From a virus, in IMG/VR virus record IMGVR_UViG_3300031539_000144, positions 1 through 35,788 of that record: a stretch of DNA of 35,788 nucleotides; one strand, written 5' to 3'. Below are positions 21,718-31,030 of this stretch, piece by piece. Position 1 is the first letter of the stretch; each line of letters starts with the position of its first letter. The notes below the pieces were generated by a model. It saw nothing but the letters and a program-made list of their open reading frames with translations. It was not told the origin of the DNA and ran no database searches. A program made the position numbers and the translations under genes.

Positions 21718-21989
21718 GCAAGTTTTTTACAGCAACAGCGCCATCAGATTTCGACGAGCTAATGTTTCTATTTTGGTGCGAGGATGAAAATCTAGATTCG
21801 GCATTATCGTATCGTGACGAATCTTTTTTAAATCTGAGCAAAAAAATATCTGGCTCACGAATAGATTTTAAGCATGATATCAATGCAGATAATTCGATTA
21901 ATTTTGATTATGCATTTGCATCTTGTGACGATAGTTTTTTAATACCGGTGTCGATATTAAATGACATTAAAATGATAGGGGTAGAATGA
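21714..21989 (+). CDS. Hypothetical acidic protein upstream of recT
   Basis: 91 aa with a GTG start and AGGAGG 6 nt upstream. Confidence 0.6.
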   Translation: MSKFFTATAPSDFDELMFLFWCEDENLDSALSYRDESFLNLSKKISGSRIDFKHDINADNSINFDYAFASCDDSFLIPVSILNDIKMIGVE

Positions 21990-21990
21990 A

Positions 21991-22854
21991 GTGAGTAATA
22001 TCGTAGAATTCGTTCAAAATCAAGCAGCTCTATTTAATGAGTCGCTATCTGATGAGCGCATAACGTGGGCTAAAGAATCTCAGTTTGCCATTCAAGTTTT
22101 GCAAGAAAATAAGTTTTTGCGTGAGACAGCTGAAAAGAATCAATTAAGCCTACAAAATGCGATCATAAACGTTTCGGCTATAGGTATTAGTCTAAACCCT
22201 GCTAACAAGCATGCATATCTGGTGCCAAGAGGCGGCAAAGTATGTCTTGACATTAGCTACATGGGATTGCTGCACCTTGCCATGGCAACAGGCTCTATCA
22301 TGTTTGCTGAATGCAATATCGTTTACGCGAATGATAATTTTAAGCGTGTTGGCGTTGGCATGCCCCCAGTTTTTGATGTTCAAGAATTCACAGACAGAGG
22401 TGCTATCGTCGGTGCGTACTGCACAGCAAAAACATGCGATGGTGACTATTTAACCGAAGTGATGAGTCTTGCAGAAATCAAAGAAACCGAAGCAACAAGC
22501 AAGGCGAATAACGGCCCATGGAAAACCCACTGGAAAGAAATGGCACGTAAAACAGTTGTTAAGCGCGCATCAAAGTACTGGCCAAAGGTTGATCGTCTTG
22601 ACCAGGCTATTCATCATTTAAATACTGATGCCGGTGAAGGCCTTACAGTTTTATCGCAAGAAAAAGAAGTCCCTAGCGTTATTGATAACGATCAAAAAAT
22701 GGAATTAATAGCAGCATGTAAAGATCATGGCGTGAGCATCGATGCGCTATTGAAAGCTGCCAGAGTATCAAGCATCGACGAAATAAATGCAGGACGATTT
22801 CAAGGCGCTCTAGGCTGGGTTAAAAAACAGGTGAAAGAAAATGATAATAGTTAA
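21991..22854 (+). CDS. recT: RecT-family single-strand annealing protein
   Basis: 287 aa. AISVSAIGISLNPANKHAYLVPRGGKVCLDISYMGLLHLA and WKTHWKEMARKTVVKR fit the RecT pattern. It is followed by a nuclease and SSB. Confidence 0.8.
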   Translation: MSNIVEFVQNQAALFNESLSDERITWAKESQFAIQVLQENKFLRETAEKNQLSLQNAIINVSAIGISLNPANKHAYLVPRGGKVCLDISYMGLLHLAMATGSIMFAECNIVYANDNFKRVGVGMPPVFDVQEFTDRGAIVGAYCTAKTCDGDYLTEVMSLAEIKETEATSKANNGPWKTHWKEMARKTVVKRASKYWPKVDRLDQAIHHLNTDAGEGLTVLSQEKEVPSVIDNDQKMELIAACKDHGVSIDALLKAARVSSIDEINAGRFQGALGWVKKQVKENDNS

Positions 22855-23482
22855 CTGCGAGCAAGGGACAAAAGAATGGCTCGAGGCGCGGGCAGGATGC
22901 ATTACCGCGTCAATGTTTAAAGATGTGCGCAACACTCTAAAATCAGGAAAGAACAAAGGCGGGTACAGCAAGAAGGCCGACGATTACGCTTTTCATCTTG
23001 CGTGCGAAAGAATAGCAGGCGAGCTTCTAGACGATGATCAGTTTGTAACGTGGCAGATGAAGCGCGGCAACGATCTAGAGCCTGATGCAAGACTAGCGCA
23101 TGAAACATCAATGGGAATACTTGTAGAGCAGTGCGGCTTTGTGATGACCGACGATGGCAAGTTCGGAGCTTCGCTTGATGGCCTTATCGATAAAACAGGC
23201 AGTAGCGAATACAAATGTTTTACAGCTCCAAGCTCGATAAAGCCGATTCTGCTAGACAAAGATTTAAGCTCTATTACTGACCAAATGCAAGGCGGAATGT
23301 GGATAACCGGAAAGGCTTATTGCGACTTCGTTTTGTATTGTCCGCAACTAAAAAAGATCGGGCACGAATTAACAATCATCACAGTGTATCGCGACAACGA
23401 ATACATTGAGGGACTAGAAAGCGACTTGCTTAAATTTGATAAGCACGTTGAAAATTACGTTGAATTACTGGGGAACAAATAA
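22841..23482 (+). CDS. YqaJ / lambda-exonuclease-type recombination nuclease (PD-(D/E)XK)
   Basis: 213 aa. The N-terminus QGTKEWLEARAGCITASMFKDV is the YqaJ signature, and DGLI...SEYKC fits the D...E-x-K core. It overlaps the recT end. Confidence 0.8.
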   Translation: MIIVNCEQGTKEWLEARAGCITASMFKDVRNTLKSGKNKGGYSKKADDYAFHLACERIAGELLDDDQFVTWQMKRGNDLEPDARLAHETSMGILVEQCGFVMTDDGKFGASLDGLIDKTGSSEYKCFTAPSSIKPILLDKDLSSITDQMQGGMWITGKAYCDFVLYCPQLKKIGHELTIITVYRDNEYIEGLESDLLKFDKHVENYVELLGNK

Positions 23483-23943
23483 TGTCAAACGATCTAAATC
23501 AATGCAATTTTATTGGAAGACTAGGGAAAGATCCCGAAGTCAAATACACGCAAAGTGGTGCACAGATATGCAATTTTAGCATTGCTGTTGGTAGTACATG
23601 GAAAGATAAAACGACAGGACAGAAACAAGAAAGAACGGAATGGATAAACATTGAATCGTTCGGAAAGCTTGCGGAAATTTGCGGGCAGTATTTAAAAAAA
23701 GGATCAAAGGTTTTTGCTCAGGGGGAATTTGTAACTCGTAAATGGCAAGATCAAAGTGGCAATGATCGTTATTCAACATCAATACGCTTAACGAATATGC
23801 AGATGCTTGACTCTCGTAGCGATACGCCAGCGCAAGCGCCACAGCAAATACCGCAGGCGCCGCAAGCACCGCAGGCACCACGCACGCACAGCGCGCCACC
23901 GCCTCCAGACATGGACGCATTCGATGATGCCATCCCATTTTAA
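23482..23943 (+). CDS. ssb: Single-stranded DNA-binding protein
   Basis: 153 aa. It aligns by eye with E. coli SSB (GRLGKDPEVKY, ERTEWINIESFGKLAEICGQYLKKGSKV, TRKWQDQSGNDRY) and has a Pro/Gln-rich linker and an acidic tail ending DDAIPF. Confidence 0.9.
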   Translation: MSNDLNQCNFIGRLGKDPEVKYTQSGAQICNFSIAVGSTWKDKTTGQKQERTEWINIESFGKLAEICGQYLKKGSKVFAQGEFVTRKWQDQSGNDRYSTSIRLTNMQMLDSRSDTPAQAPQQIPQAPQAPQAPRTHSAPPPPDMDAFDDAIPF

Positions 23944-23974
23944 TAACAGCCCTTCGGGGCTATAGGTGAGAACG

Positions 23975-24178
23975 ATGTTTCGTGCATCAGCATATAGGTC
24001 TAAATATTACAACGACTGGAGCAATGGAGACGCTTGCTTTCTTGATAGACCGCACATTGCAAAACTGAGAAGCACGGGAAGGTGGGGTATTATCGGCTGG
24101 AAACTTGGATCGAACTCAGATGATCAAGGTAAGGCCGAAAAGTTCGCAAAACAACTTAACGATAAAAAAGCTAATTAA
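23975..24178 (+). CDS. Hypothetical protein
   Basis: The track ORF is 23966..24178. I prefer ATG 23975 because AGGTGA lies upstream. Confidence 0.55.
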   Translation: MFRASAYRSKYYNDWSNGDACFLDRPHIAKLRSTGRWGIIGWKLGSNSDDQGKAEKFAKQLNDKKAN

Positions 24179-24189
24179 ATAGGTGATAT

Positions 24190-24342
24190 ATGAGAACTTA
24201 CGAGAGAACGCGACATATAAAAACGCACGATAAATACGGTAACCTAATTGGTTACAAGCCAACAATGTTATCGCCGACAACTAAGGCGGCACGATTAAAA
24301 TGTACGCTATACAAAACGGAACGCTTTAAAAATGGAGCATAA
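24190..24342 (+). CDS. Small basic protein (50 aa), absent from the ORF track
   Basis: AGGTGA lies upstream of the ATG at 24190. Hand translation gives MRTYERTRHIKTHDKYGNLIGYKPTMLSPTTKAARLKCTLYKTERFKNGA. It overlaps the next start by 11 nt. Confidence 0.45.
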   Translation: MRTYERTRHIKTHDKYGNLIGYKPTMLSPTTKAARLKCTLYKTERFKNGA

Positions 24343-24595
24343 GATTTGCAGAAATGAAACTTGTCACAAAGCCGGTAAGTCTCAACCGCTGACAGCGTTC
24401 TATGTCAGTGTGGCAAATAATGACGGCCGACAATCTCGATGCATTGAGTGCGAGAAAGAAGCAAAGCGCATCAGGTATAAAGACGATTTGAAGCGATTCA
24501 CCGGGCACAATATCAATAACGATTCTGCGCTACCGAGTCATGTGGTCGGGATACTAAATAAAGCAACGAGGGCGATTCATGAGCATAACACTTGA
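24332..24595 (+). CDS. Hypothetical zinc-ribbon protein
   Basis: 87 aa with C-x4-C ... C-x2-C (CRNETC...CIEC). Confidence 0.6.
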   Translation: MEHKICRNETCHKAGKSQPLTAFYVSVANNDGRQSRCIECEKEAKRIRYKDDLKRFTGHNINNDSALPSHVVGILNKATRAIHEHNT

Positions 24596-24752
24596 AAATA
24601 AAGCAGTAATGAAAATAAAGTTAGAAAGCGGCAACTACTTGGAGTATCAATTTCCAAAAGGTGCCGACTTTAACCGTGTTGTTGATACGCTTATTGAACA
24701 GCGAGACATACTTAACGAGCCATTAAGGTTTAGCAATGATACAGAAGCGTAA
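24579..24752 (+). CDS. Small hypothetical protein (57 aa), absent from the ORF track
   Basis: ATG 24579. Hand translation gives MSITLENKAVMKIKLESGNYLEYQFPKGADFNRVVDTLIEQRDILNEPLRFSNDTEA. It bridges the two flanking genes with 17-nt overlaps. Confidence 0.45.
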   Translation: MSITLENKAVMKIKLESGNYLEYQFPKGADFNRVVDTLIEQRDILNEPLRFSNDTEA

Positions 24753-25380
24753 ATGCTCGATATGTAAGAATTCATACGATAAGAGCAAGTTGTTTTTTGT
24801 TGGCTTAAAGTGCTATTGCTCTGCCGAATGTGGCGCGGTCCTTGGGCTTGAGATTCTAAACAAAAAGGATCAGGCACGACTAAAGGAGTCAAAGAAAAAG
24901 GAGAAAGCCAAAAAGGTAGCGTTTTACAAGAAAGATTTGCCATGGCAGTTTAAAACAACGAAGGATGTTTTTAATCGAGTTAGAAAACTTCAAGAATACT
25001 TGTGGTTCGCGGTTCGCGGTATCGAGCCATATTGTATTTCATGCTTAAAAGAAAAAATGGATTGGGCGTGCGGTCATTATAAAACCGTTGGAAGTCAAGG
25101 TAACCTAAGATTTGATGAGGTCAACACATACCTACAATGTAACCGATATTGCAACAAGGGGTTGTCCGGTAATATCTCGGGCAACAAAAACACGATAGGA
25201 TACACTAAAGGATTGATTCATCGCTTCGGAGAAGAGCGCGGAGCGGAAATAATCGAATACTGCGAGACCAATACACAAATAAAAATATGGACGTGTGAGG
25301 AAGTCGAAGCGCTTAGAATGGATTATTTGGCAAAAGAGAAATTACTCAAAGTAGAGCTTGCAGGATATACGGAGCCATGA
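24736..25380 (+). CDS. ninG: NinG (Rap)-family recombination endonuclease
   Basis: 214 aa. It aligns by eye with lambda NinG: an N-terminal CxxC...C...C zinc cluster, then CISC...W.CGHYKTVGSQGNLRFDEVN...QCNRYCNKGLSGN...GYTKGLIHRFGEERGAEIIE. Confidence 0.8.
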   Translation: MIQKRKCSICKNSYDKSKLFFVGLKCYCSAECGAVLGLEILNKKDQARLKESKKKEKAKKVAFYKKDLPWQFKTTKDVFNRVRKLQEYLWFAVRGIEPYCISCLKEKMDWACGHYKTVGSQGNLRFDEVNTYLQCNRYCNKGLSGNISGNKNTIGYTKGLIHRFGEERGAEIIEYCETNTQIKIWTCEEVEALRMDYLAKEKLLKVELAGYTEP

Positions 25381-25508
25381 ACCCACTCGAGCAGTTACGC
25401 GCATTCTATCAAAGAAACCTACACTGGATTGAGCCGCTTGTGTCTGGCTTGATTCTTGGCGGGTTACTAGTCATGGTTTACTACAAATTAACGGCATGGT
25501 CATCATGA
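25377..25508 (+). CDS. Mini membrane protein (43 aa), absent from the ORF track
   Basis: ATG 25377 overlaps the ninG stop (ATGA), and its own stop overlaps the ninB ATG. The TM segment is LVSGLILGGLLVMVYY. Confidence 0.45.
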   Translation: MNPLEQLRAFYQRNLHWIEPLVSGLILGGLLVMVYYKLTAWSS

Positions 25509-25933
25509 GTAGCGTAATAGTAAAAGAACACAGGGAAATAAACGAGCTGCTGAATCGTGTCGATCATGCGTGCACACAGGCTTTATATAACGGGCCAGTG
25601 GAGGTGATAATCAAGCGTCCTGACAATCCGCGCAACTTAGATCAAAACGCTAAATTATGGGCAATGCTAAAAGATTTTGAGCCAATAGAGTTCAATGGTC
25701 GAAAGTGGAAAGCGGACCAGTGGAAGTGCTTTGTAACGTCTGCGCTCAATCAAGAAATGCCGGCTGTTGGGCTTCTCGGTGAACCTGTAACAATGACGAC
25801 TAGCACAAGCAAGCTAAGCAAAAAGAGATTTGCCGAACTGATAGAATTTATCTATTCAGTCGGCAGCGATAAGGGCGTTGTTTGGTCTGAGAAAGCTTTG
25901 GGTATTTACGATGAATACAATGCGGCGAAATGA
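25505..25933 (+). CDS. ninB: NinB (Orf)-family recombination mediator
   Basis: The track ORF is 25496..25933. I prefer ATG 25505 (ATGA coupling). LDQNAKLWAMLKDF, GRKWKADQWKCFVTSAL, STSKLSKKRFAELIEFIYSVGSDKGVVWSEKA aligns by eye with lambda NinB. Confidence 0.8.
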   Translation: MSSVIVKEHREINELLNRVDHACTQALYNGPVEVIIKRPDNPRNLDQNAKLWAMLKDFEPIEFNGRKWKADQWKCFVTSALNQEMPAVGLLGEPVTMTTSTSKLSKKRFAELIEFIYSVGSDKGVVWSEKALGIYDEYNAAK

Positions 25934-25954
25934 TCGAGCAAATGCTACTCGATC
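25932..25954. terminator. Hairpin between the convergent ninB and tailspike genes
   Basis: gatcgag (25932-25938) pairs with ctcgatc (25948-25954) around a 9-nt loop. There is no clear U tract on either strand, so terminator function is uncertain. Confidence 0.35.
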
Positions 25955-25979
25955 ACTCTTATATTGTGATTAAATAAGC

Positions 25980-28010
25980 CTAGTCAGATCCGCCCACGCG
26001 CGCACTCCAGTCAAATATAAAACCACTTGCGCCTGGATTCTGTCTACTCGATACCGTAAATGTCGTTGCTCCAATGCCAGTTATGTAAATGTTACCTGGG
26101 TCATTGGAAGAGTTGGAAGTCTGGACAATATTTATGCTTGAAGAATCAGGGGTAAGGGAAAGCCCGTGTGTAACAGCTATGGTCGTCGTACCGCTTAATA
26201 TAGTCGCCGACCCCTTTTTATTAGCAACGAAACCATTATTGCTTTTGTATCTGTATTTATCGCGAGACGATCCCGTAATAAAATTAGTAACATTTTGGGT
26301 AGCCGTGTTTTGCTCAATAACTCCGCCAAATGAGCTAGACGACACAATAAACGTCGTTACCTGAGCAGCCTGATTACCTTTGATTGATATTGGTGATGCT
26401 GCCGCTGTTCTTATTGCTGTGGCTACAGAGCCAACACGCCCAACGAACGTATTACCTTCAACTCTAGGACTAGTAACACCCGCTGCTATATCGACATAAT
26501 AAAGTAGCGTGCTAATTGCTGGGGTATCAGACTCAAAATAGTTATTTAAAATTTGAGGACACCCGATATCATCTATTGTCGCATCTAAAAATATAGAGTA
26601 ATCGCCACGCTGCTGCTGAAATACTGAATTAATAACGCGTGGATTCGTTCCCGATCTTATAATTATATCTGCCGTCTCAGATAGTAGCGAGAATACCCGC
26701 TCAACATGATTATCATGCGCACCAGAGCCGCCATCACCCGCTAAATCAATACTGATGCCGCATCCCTGTATCCAAGCTCGTCCAATTGAATTAGAAAAGT
26801 TAGTCGATAATATGCCCGTACTAGCGTCATTTATGCGTATATGACTAACTGACCACCCCCAGTCCCTCAACCATATCCCACCAATCCCGTTTGAAACGGC
26901 GCCACAATTAATAATGCCACCTTTTATAAACTCATCATCACCAAACGTGTTAACCGTTTCCCAAACATAATCGCCGGATGTCATGTTTGCTATGTCTGCC
27001 GTAATTATACAGCCGTTGTTGGCTAGTACTGAGCAGCGCTTGAGAGTGTTCTTACCCTTCAGATACGTGCCGTCTGGTATTATTATTGTTCCCGCTCGAT
27101 TGGTTGTGGTTTCCTCCGCTAGCCAGTCTGCACACGCTTGAACAATCGTAGTGCACGGCGTTACTCCTTTTCTATCTGCCCCGCATTGCAGTATGTTTAA
27201 CTCCCCAGGCTGATGCTGAAGAACTGCAACATTACCGTTAGCTAAAGTATGATGAATGATGTTATCTACAGGTCGAGAAAACATAACAGCAAATTGTGCG
27301 GCGGTTACAATCGTATATAAAGCGCCGCCAACGGGACCAGCCGTAGTTGCCGCCCACCCGCCGTGGTAGCTTGTAGTGTAAGATGTTCGCCCTGAAACCA
27401 AAGCCGCCGCCACCATCGACGCAACAGAGTCAAACTTTTCGCTATTCAAATACGCACTAACGTTAGTCGTAGTGGCGTCTATTGTGAGCGATACCACGCT
27501 TGCGTCTGTTGGGTTTCCTGATGCAGCTATATCGATATTCTCGAGGCCACTTAAATCTGATTTCCACCGAACATAGTTTTGCGCAACCGGGGCAGGAAGA
27601 GTTAAAGACGAGACGCCTTGCTGACATTCGGAAAACGTTAATGATCTTTGCGCTAGATCAATGGCCTGCTTTGTGATCGATATACTTCTATCCAAATCAT
27701 CGTTAATCGTATCCGGCCTAAAATCTCCGTTGTTTTGGTAGTCGGTAGTGCGGTTGGCCGGTATAGCTGAAACAATCGTTACGAGGTCACCCGAGCCTGT
27801 AGGCGTGGATAACGTGATTGATCCGCCACCCTCAACACCAACACCGGCAACTGTATAAGCTGTGGTTAAGTCGGCAGCAGAACAAGCTTGACCGGCGGGA
27901 GTTACGTACACATTAAGATCGGTACTAGCGTAAATCTTGTAGGTATAATTAAACACCGTCTGGCTTGCACTTGCTGTGTATTCGTTGCGTACATCACTTG
28001 AAGTTATCAT
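25980..28010 (-). CDS. Tailspike / tail fibre with a probable right-handed beta-helix (depolymerase-like) body
   Basis: 676 aa. The ~120-aa N-terminus (YTASASQTVFNYTYKIY...DLVTIVSAIP...DFRPDTINDDLDRSISITKQAIDLAQ) matches the anchor domain seen on many podovirus fibres. The central Gly/Asn/Ile/Ser-rich repeats resemble pectate-lyase-type coils. It is the last gene of the virion module. Confidence 0.7.
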   Translation of the reverse strand: MITSSDVRNEYTASASQTVFNYTYKIYASTDLNVYVTPAGQACSAADLTTAYTVAGVGVEGGGSITLSTPTGSGDLVTIVSAIPANRTTDYQNNGDFRPDTINDDLDRSISITKQAIDLAQRSLTFSECQQGVSSLTLPAPVAQNYVRWKSDLSGLENIDIAASGNPTDASVVSLTIDATTTNVSAYLNSEKFDSVASMVAAALVSGRTSYTTSYHGGWAATTAGPVGGALYTIVTAAQFAVMFSRPVDNIIHHTLANGNVAVLQHQPGELNILQCGADRKGVTPCTTIVQACADWLAEETTTNRAGTIIIPDGTYLKGKNTLKRCSVLANNGCIITADIANMTSGDYVWETVNTFGDDEFIKGGIINCGAVSNGIGGIWLRDWGWSVSHIRINDASTGILSTNFSNSIGRAWIQGCGISIDLAGDGGSGAHDNHVERVFSLLSETADIIIRSGTNPRVINSVFQQQRGDYSIFLDATIDDIGCPQILNNYFESDTPAISTLLYYVDIAAGVTSPRVEGNTFVGRVGSVATAIRTAAASPISIKGNQAAQVTTFIVSSSSFGGVIEQNTATQNVTNFITGSSRDKYRYKSNNGFVANKKGSATILSGTTTIAVTHGLSLTPDSSSINIVQTSNSSNDPGNIYITGIGATTFTVSSRQNPGASGFIFDWSARVGGSD

Positions 28011-31000
28011 TCTGGCAAGCCCTCTCCGGCCTTGGTTACTAGTTCGTTTAATAGTCGGCGTATGTAAAATAGGTTTTGAGCAGGTAGTAATCTGATCAAT
28101 CTAGCAATATCGCTTTGCGAGAACTCGCCGGATGTTGCGGCGCCTAGCGTTTGAATCATATCCTCGACAGTTCCAAGCGATGGACCCAAAAGGGCGCCAG
28201 TTATGTTTCTGCTAGCGTATCGCGACATAGGAGGGTTGCCCATCATTGGATTCACGCCCATGCTACCGCGAGAAACCTTTTCAATAATATTGTTAACATC
28301 CCACATATAACCAAAGGCGCCAGACTTATCTAATGACTCAACTATAATTTTGCTAGGGTCACTAGATATTTCTTTGCCTGCCACATATTGTTTTGCACCA
28401 TAAGCAACACCACCAAGGGCAACCGATATAAGGAAACCATTAAGCGCTTGGAGGTCTGCGTTCTGAAGATCAGCAACAGCTATCTTGTGATGAGCGACAG
28501 CAGCAAACGTCTTAAACTGGAAAATCATTTTCCCAGTTTCGCCACTTGTCCATAACGGCTTTTCTCCAACGCCAGGCGTTAATATAGTCCGATCAACATC
28601 CTTCAACACTGATGACCTAAATGTTTCTAGCGCTCCTCTGTCATCCCATTTGTGGCCGTTGGATAAATTTAAGCTACCACCATCGCCATGCTTTTTAAAT
28701 TGTGCGGCTATGCGTGTAGCCATGTCTTTATCTATGCCAGCGGATGCCATGCGGCGCATATTGTTCTTGCTGATTGTCCCGTCTGCAAACTTAACAGCTT
28801 GAGTCAAAAGCCGGTCTTGAGTAACAACACCGGAGAACTGTTTTAATGCAGTATTCCACTGTGACATTAACGTGATTTTGCCAAAACCATCAGACATTGA
28901 TCTAAGGCCGCGCTCAAATTTAGTGCCTCTCGCATAGATGTCGCCAATCTCAGCCATTGAAGCCATACGACTATTAAGAACCATATCTAAGCCTACCGCA
29001 GCTTTTCGTGCCTCGTCTTTTGACATCTTAAATACTTGAGGCGAAAACGCTAACGCTTTTAATGCCCTACCTACGGGAGCCAATCCGTTCATAGCGATTG
29101 GCCTAGCTAAATCTGGTATTGCTGATATCGTCATACCGCCAAGCATCCGCAGAAAATTAACGTCGCGAATAACACGGCCAGACCTAACGAAAAAACTATT
29201 CGGGTCCTGAGGTGTTCTATATGTGCCGCGCAACCTATCCCAAATGGCTTGCAGGTCTCTCGCGTCCGCAGCTTGTCTCTTATTTAGATTCTCCCTTTGC
29301 TTCTCCGTTGTAGCTGCCTTGCGCAAATTCTCATAGCCAGCATTGATACGCTTAACAACTTCAGTACCGGTAACCTCGCCATAAACTTTGGCTAGCTCAA
29401 CGTCTGGCGCCATGGTCATTTTGTATTGACGTGCGACCATATCAATATCTGATTCTAGAAAGTCTTCGATCAACCTATCAGGGATAGTGAAAGACCGCTC
29501 TTTCATTGGTCCACGCTCAGACAGCTTTACGTCATAAGGGAGTCGACCAGAGGCAACGCCTGTTACATTCTCGCGAACAGAAACAACAATCTCATCAATC
29601 TCGAGATCTGTTATCTTGGCTTCGCCTCTTAGTGAATCGCTTATATTTTTACCGCTAGCCTCGGCGTCATCAAATTTCCGCAAAGCCGATGCTCTAATTC
29701 CGTTTAGCCATCCGCGTGTAATGTTATCGAATTCATCACTTTTAGCTATTATCTTTTTGGTTTGATATACGCGCGTAAGATAGCTTGTGGCAGTGGAGAC
29801 GGATACATCCTTTGGTAATAATCCGGCGTCAATTGCTGCATCCTTTAGCGGGTCAAATAGCTTTCCCCTAAACACCTTGGCAGTTTCTGCAACTTCTGGT
29901 ATTTCGTGACTATCTCCTCGGCGCATTGCCTTGCCAACTTCGATCCTAAAATCTTCAGGTGTTAGCTTTCCTTGTCGATTCCTAAGAACGTAATCATTAA
30001 TAGTGGTTTTTGTTGATTTAGCTAAGCCGCTAGTCATTCCCGTTGGGGCTGAACCTGTTCTATATTTTAGATAACCGCTATCTATTGACTGAAGCCCTTC
30101 AGCTAGACCAGCATCCCAAAGCTTAATTCTAGTCTCAATTGATCCACCCTCTAGCGTAGTAGATATGCCCTCGACATTACCCTTGGTCACCAATGATGAC
30201 TCCATCAGCTCAGAAGCGATACGCCGCGTTTCTATTTCTGGGCTGGTCATTGTTCTTACTTGGGGAGATACTCCAATTTTCTCAAGCCCTAAAGCGCCTT
30301 TAAGATCAAGCTCATCCATTGTTAGCTGGTTAACTTGAGCTGCACCCATTGATTTTTCAGAAATAGGAGCGTCGTTGAATACCTGTTCAGCTTTTAAAGA
30401 AAGATTATCAACCTCTTTTGCTGACAGCTTAGCAAATCCCGCGCCAAGTAAGCCAGACAACAAAGCGGCACCGCCAATATTTAAAGCGGATTCCGTCATT
30501 GTTCTGGTTTCTTGCGTCATTTGTTTGGCTGCTTCTGCTGGCAACTCAGACAAAGCACCAAGCGCAGCGGTAGTCCTAAAAGCCTGGCCTGCTGTGGCGC
30601 CAAGTCTAACTTCGCCAAGACCGGCTGCCATTGTTACTAGAGTAATAGGGTCAGTTATACCGGCTGCCATCTGCGCTATAAATCCAGTGGCACCAGAAGC
30701 GGCTAAAGTCTTGCGGTCGTCAAGCTCTTGATCAAGCTCCATTTTTATGCGAGCGGTATGTGCGGGACTCTTGGAATCAATAAAGCTTTCTGCAAATGTC
30801 TCATAGCCTTGTATGTCGTCACCATCAAATGGATCATAGCCATCCACCGGCTCCGGCAATTCCATCAAGCCAAAGCCTTTAGCGGCCGCAGATACAAAGC
30901 TATTCTCTTGCCTAAAGCCAGCCATGAAGGTTTCACCAACGCTAGGCGCCTCAACCTCCACAAACTTGGAAACATCCGCTTCAGGTATGCTTTGGAAAGC

Positions 31001-31030
31001 TCCAATTTCTCTATCTTCAATAAGCGGCAT
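28007..31030 (-). CDS. Large internal virion / ejection protein (T7 gp16 position)
   Basis: 1007 aa, assigned by size and by gene order after the nozzle and two other internal-protein genes. It overlaps both neighbours. No lytic transglycosylase motif was recognised. Confidence 0.6.
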   Translation of the reverse strand: MPLIEDREIGAFQSIPEADVSKFVEVEAPSVGETFMAGFRQENSFVSAAAKGFGLMELPEPVDGYDPFDGDDIQGYETFAESFIDSKSPAHTARIKMELDQELDDRKTLAASGATGFIAQMAAGITDPITLVTMAAGLGEVRLGATAGQAFRTTAALGALSELPAEAAKQMTQETRTMTESALNIGGAALLSGLLGAGFAKLSAKEVDNLSLKAEQVFNDAPISEKSMGAAQVNQLTMDELDLKGALGLEKIGVSPQVRTMTSPEIETRRIASELMESSLVTKGNVEGISTTLEGGSIETRIKLWDAGLAEGLQSIDSGYLKYRTGSAPTGMTSGLAKSTKTTINDYVLRNRQGKLTPEDFRIEVGKAMRRGDSHEIPEVAETAKVFRGKLFDPLKDAAIDAGLLPKDVSVSTATSYLTRVYQTKKIIAKSDEFDNITRGWLNGIRASALRKFDDAEASGKNISDSLRGEAKITDLEIDEIVVSVRENVTGVASGRLPYDVKLSERGPMKERSFTIPDRLIEDFLESDIDMVARQYKMTMAPDVELAKVYGEVTGTEVVKRINAGYENLRKAATTEKQRENLNKRQAADARDLQAIWDRLRGTYRTPQDPNSFFVRSGRVIRDVNFLRMLGGMTISAIPDLARPIAMNGLAPVGRALKALAFSPQVFKMSKDEARKAAVGLDMVLNSRMASMAEIGDIYARGTKFERGLRSMSDGFGKITLMSQWNTALKQFSGVVTQDRLLTQAVKFADGTISKNNMRRMASAGIDKDMATRIAAQFKKHGDGGSLNLSNGHKWDDRGALETFRSSVLKDVDRTILTPGVGEKPLWTSGETGKMIFQFKTFAAVAHHKIAVADLQNADLQALNGFLISVALGGVAYGAKQYVAGKEISSDPSKIIVESLDKSGAFGYMWDVNNIIEKVSRGSMGVNPMMGNPPMSRYASRNITGALLGPSLGTVEDMIQTLGAATSGEFSQSDIARLIRLLPAQNLFYIRRLLNELVTKAGEGLPE

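Noticed and set aside
23820-23885. A short tandem repeat ccgcaggcrcc (x3) at the end of ssb, and a CRISPR check of the whole window.
   Set aside because: The ssb repeat just encodes the PQAPQAPQAP linker typical of SSB tails. No array of regularly spaced direct repeats with unique spacers is visible anywhere in the window.
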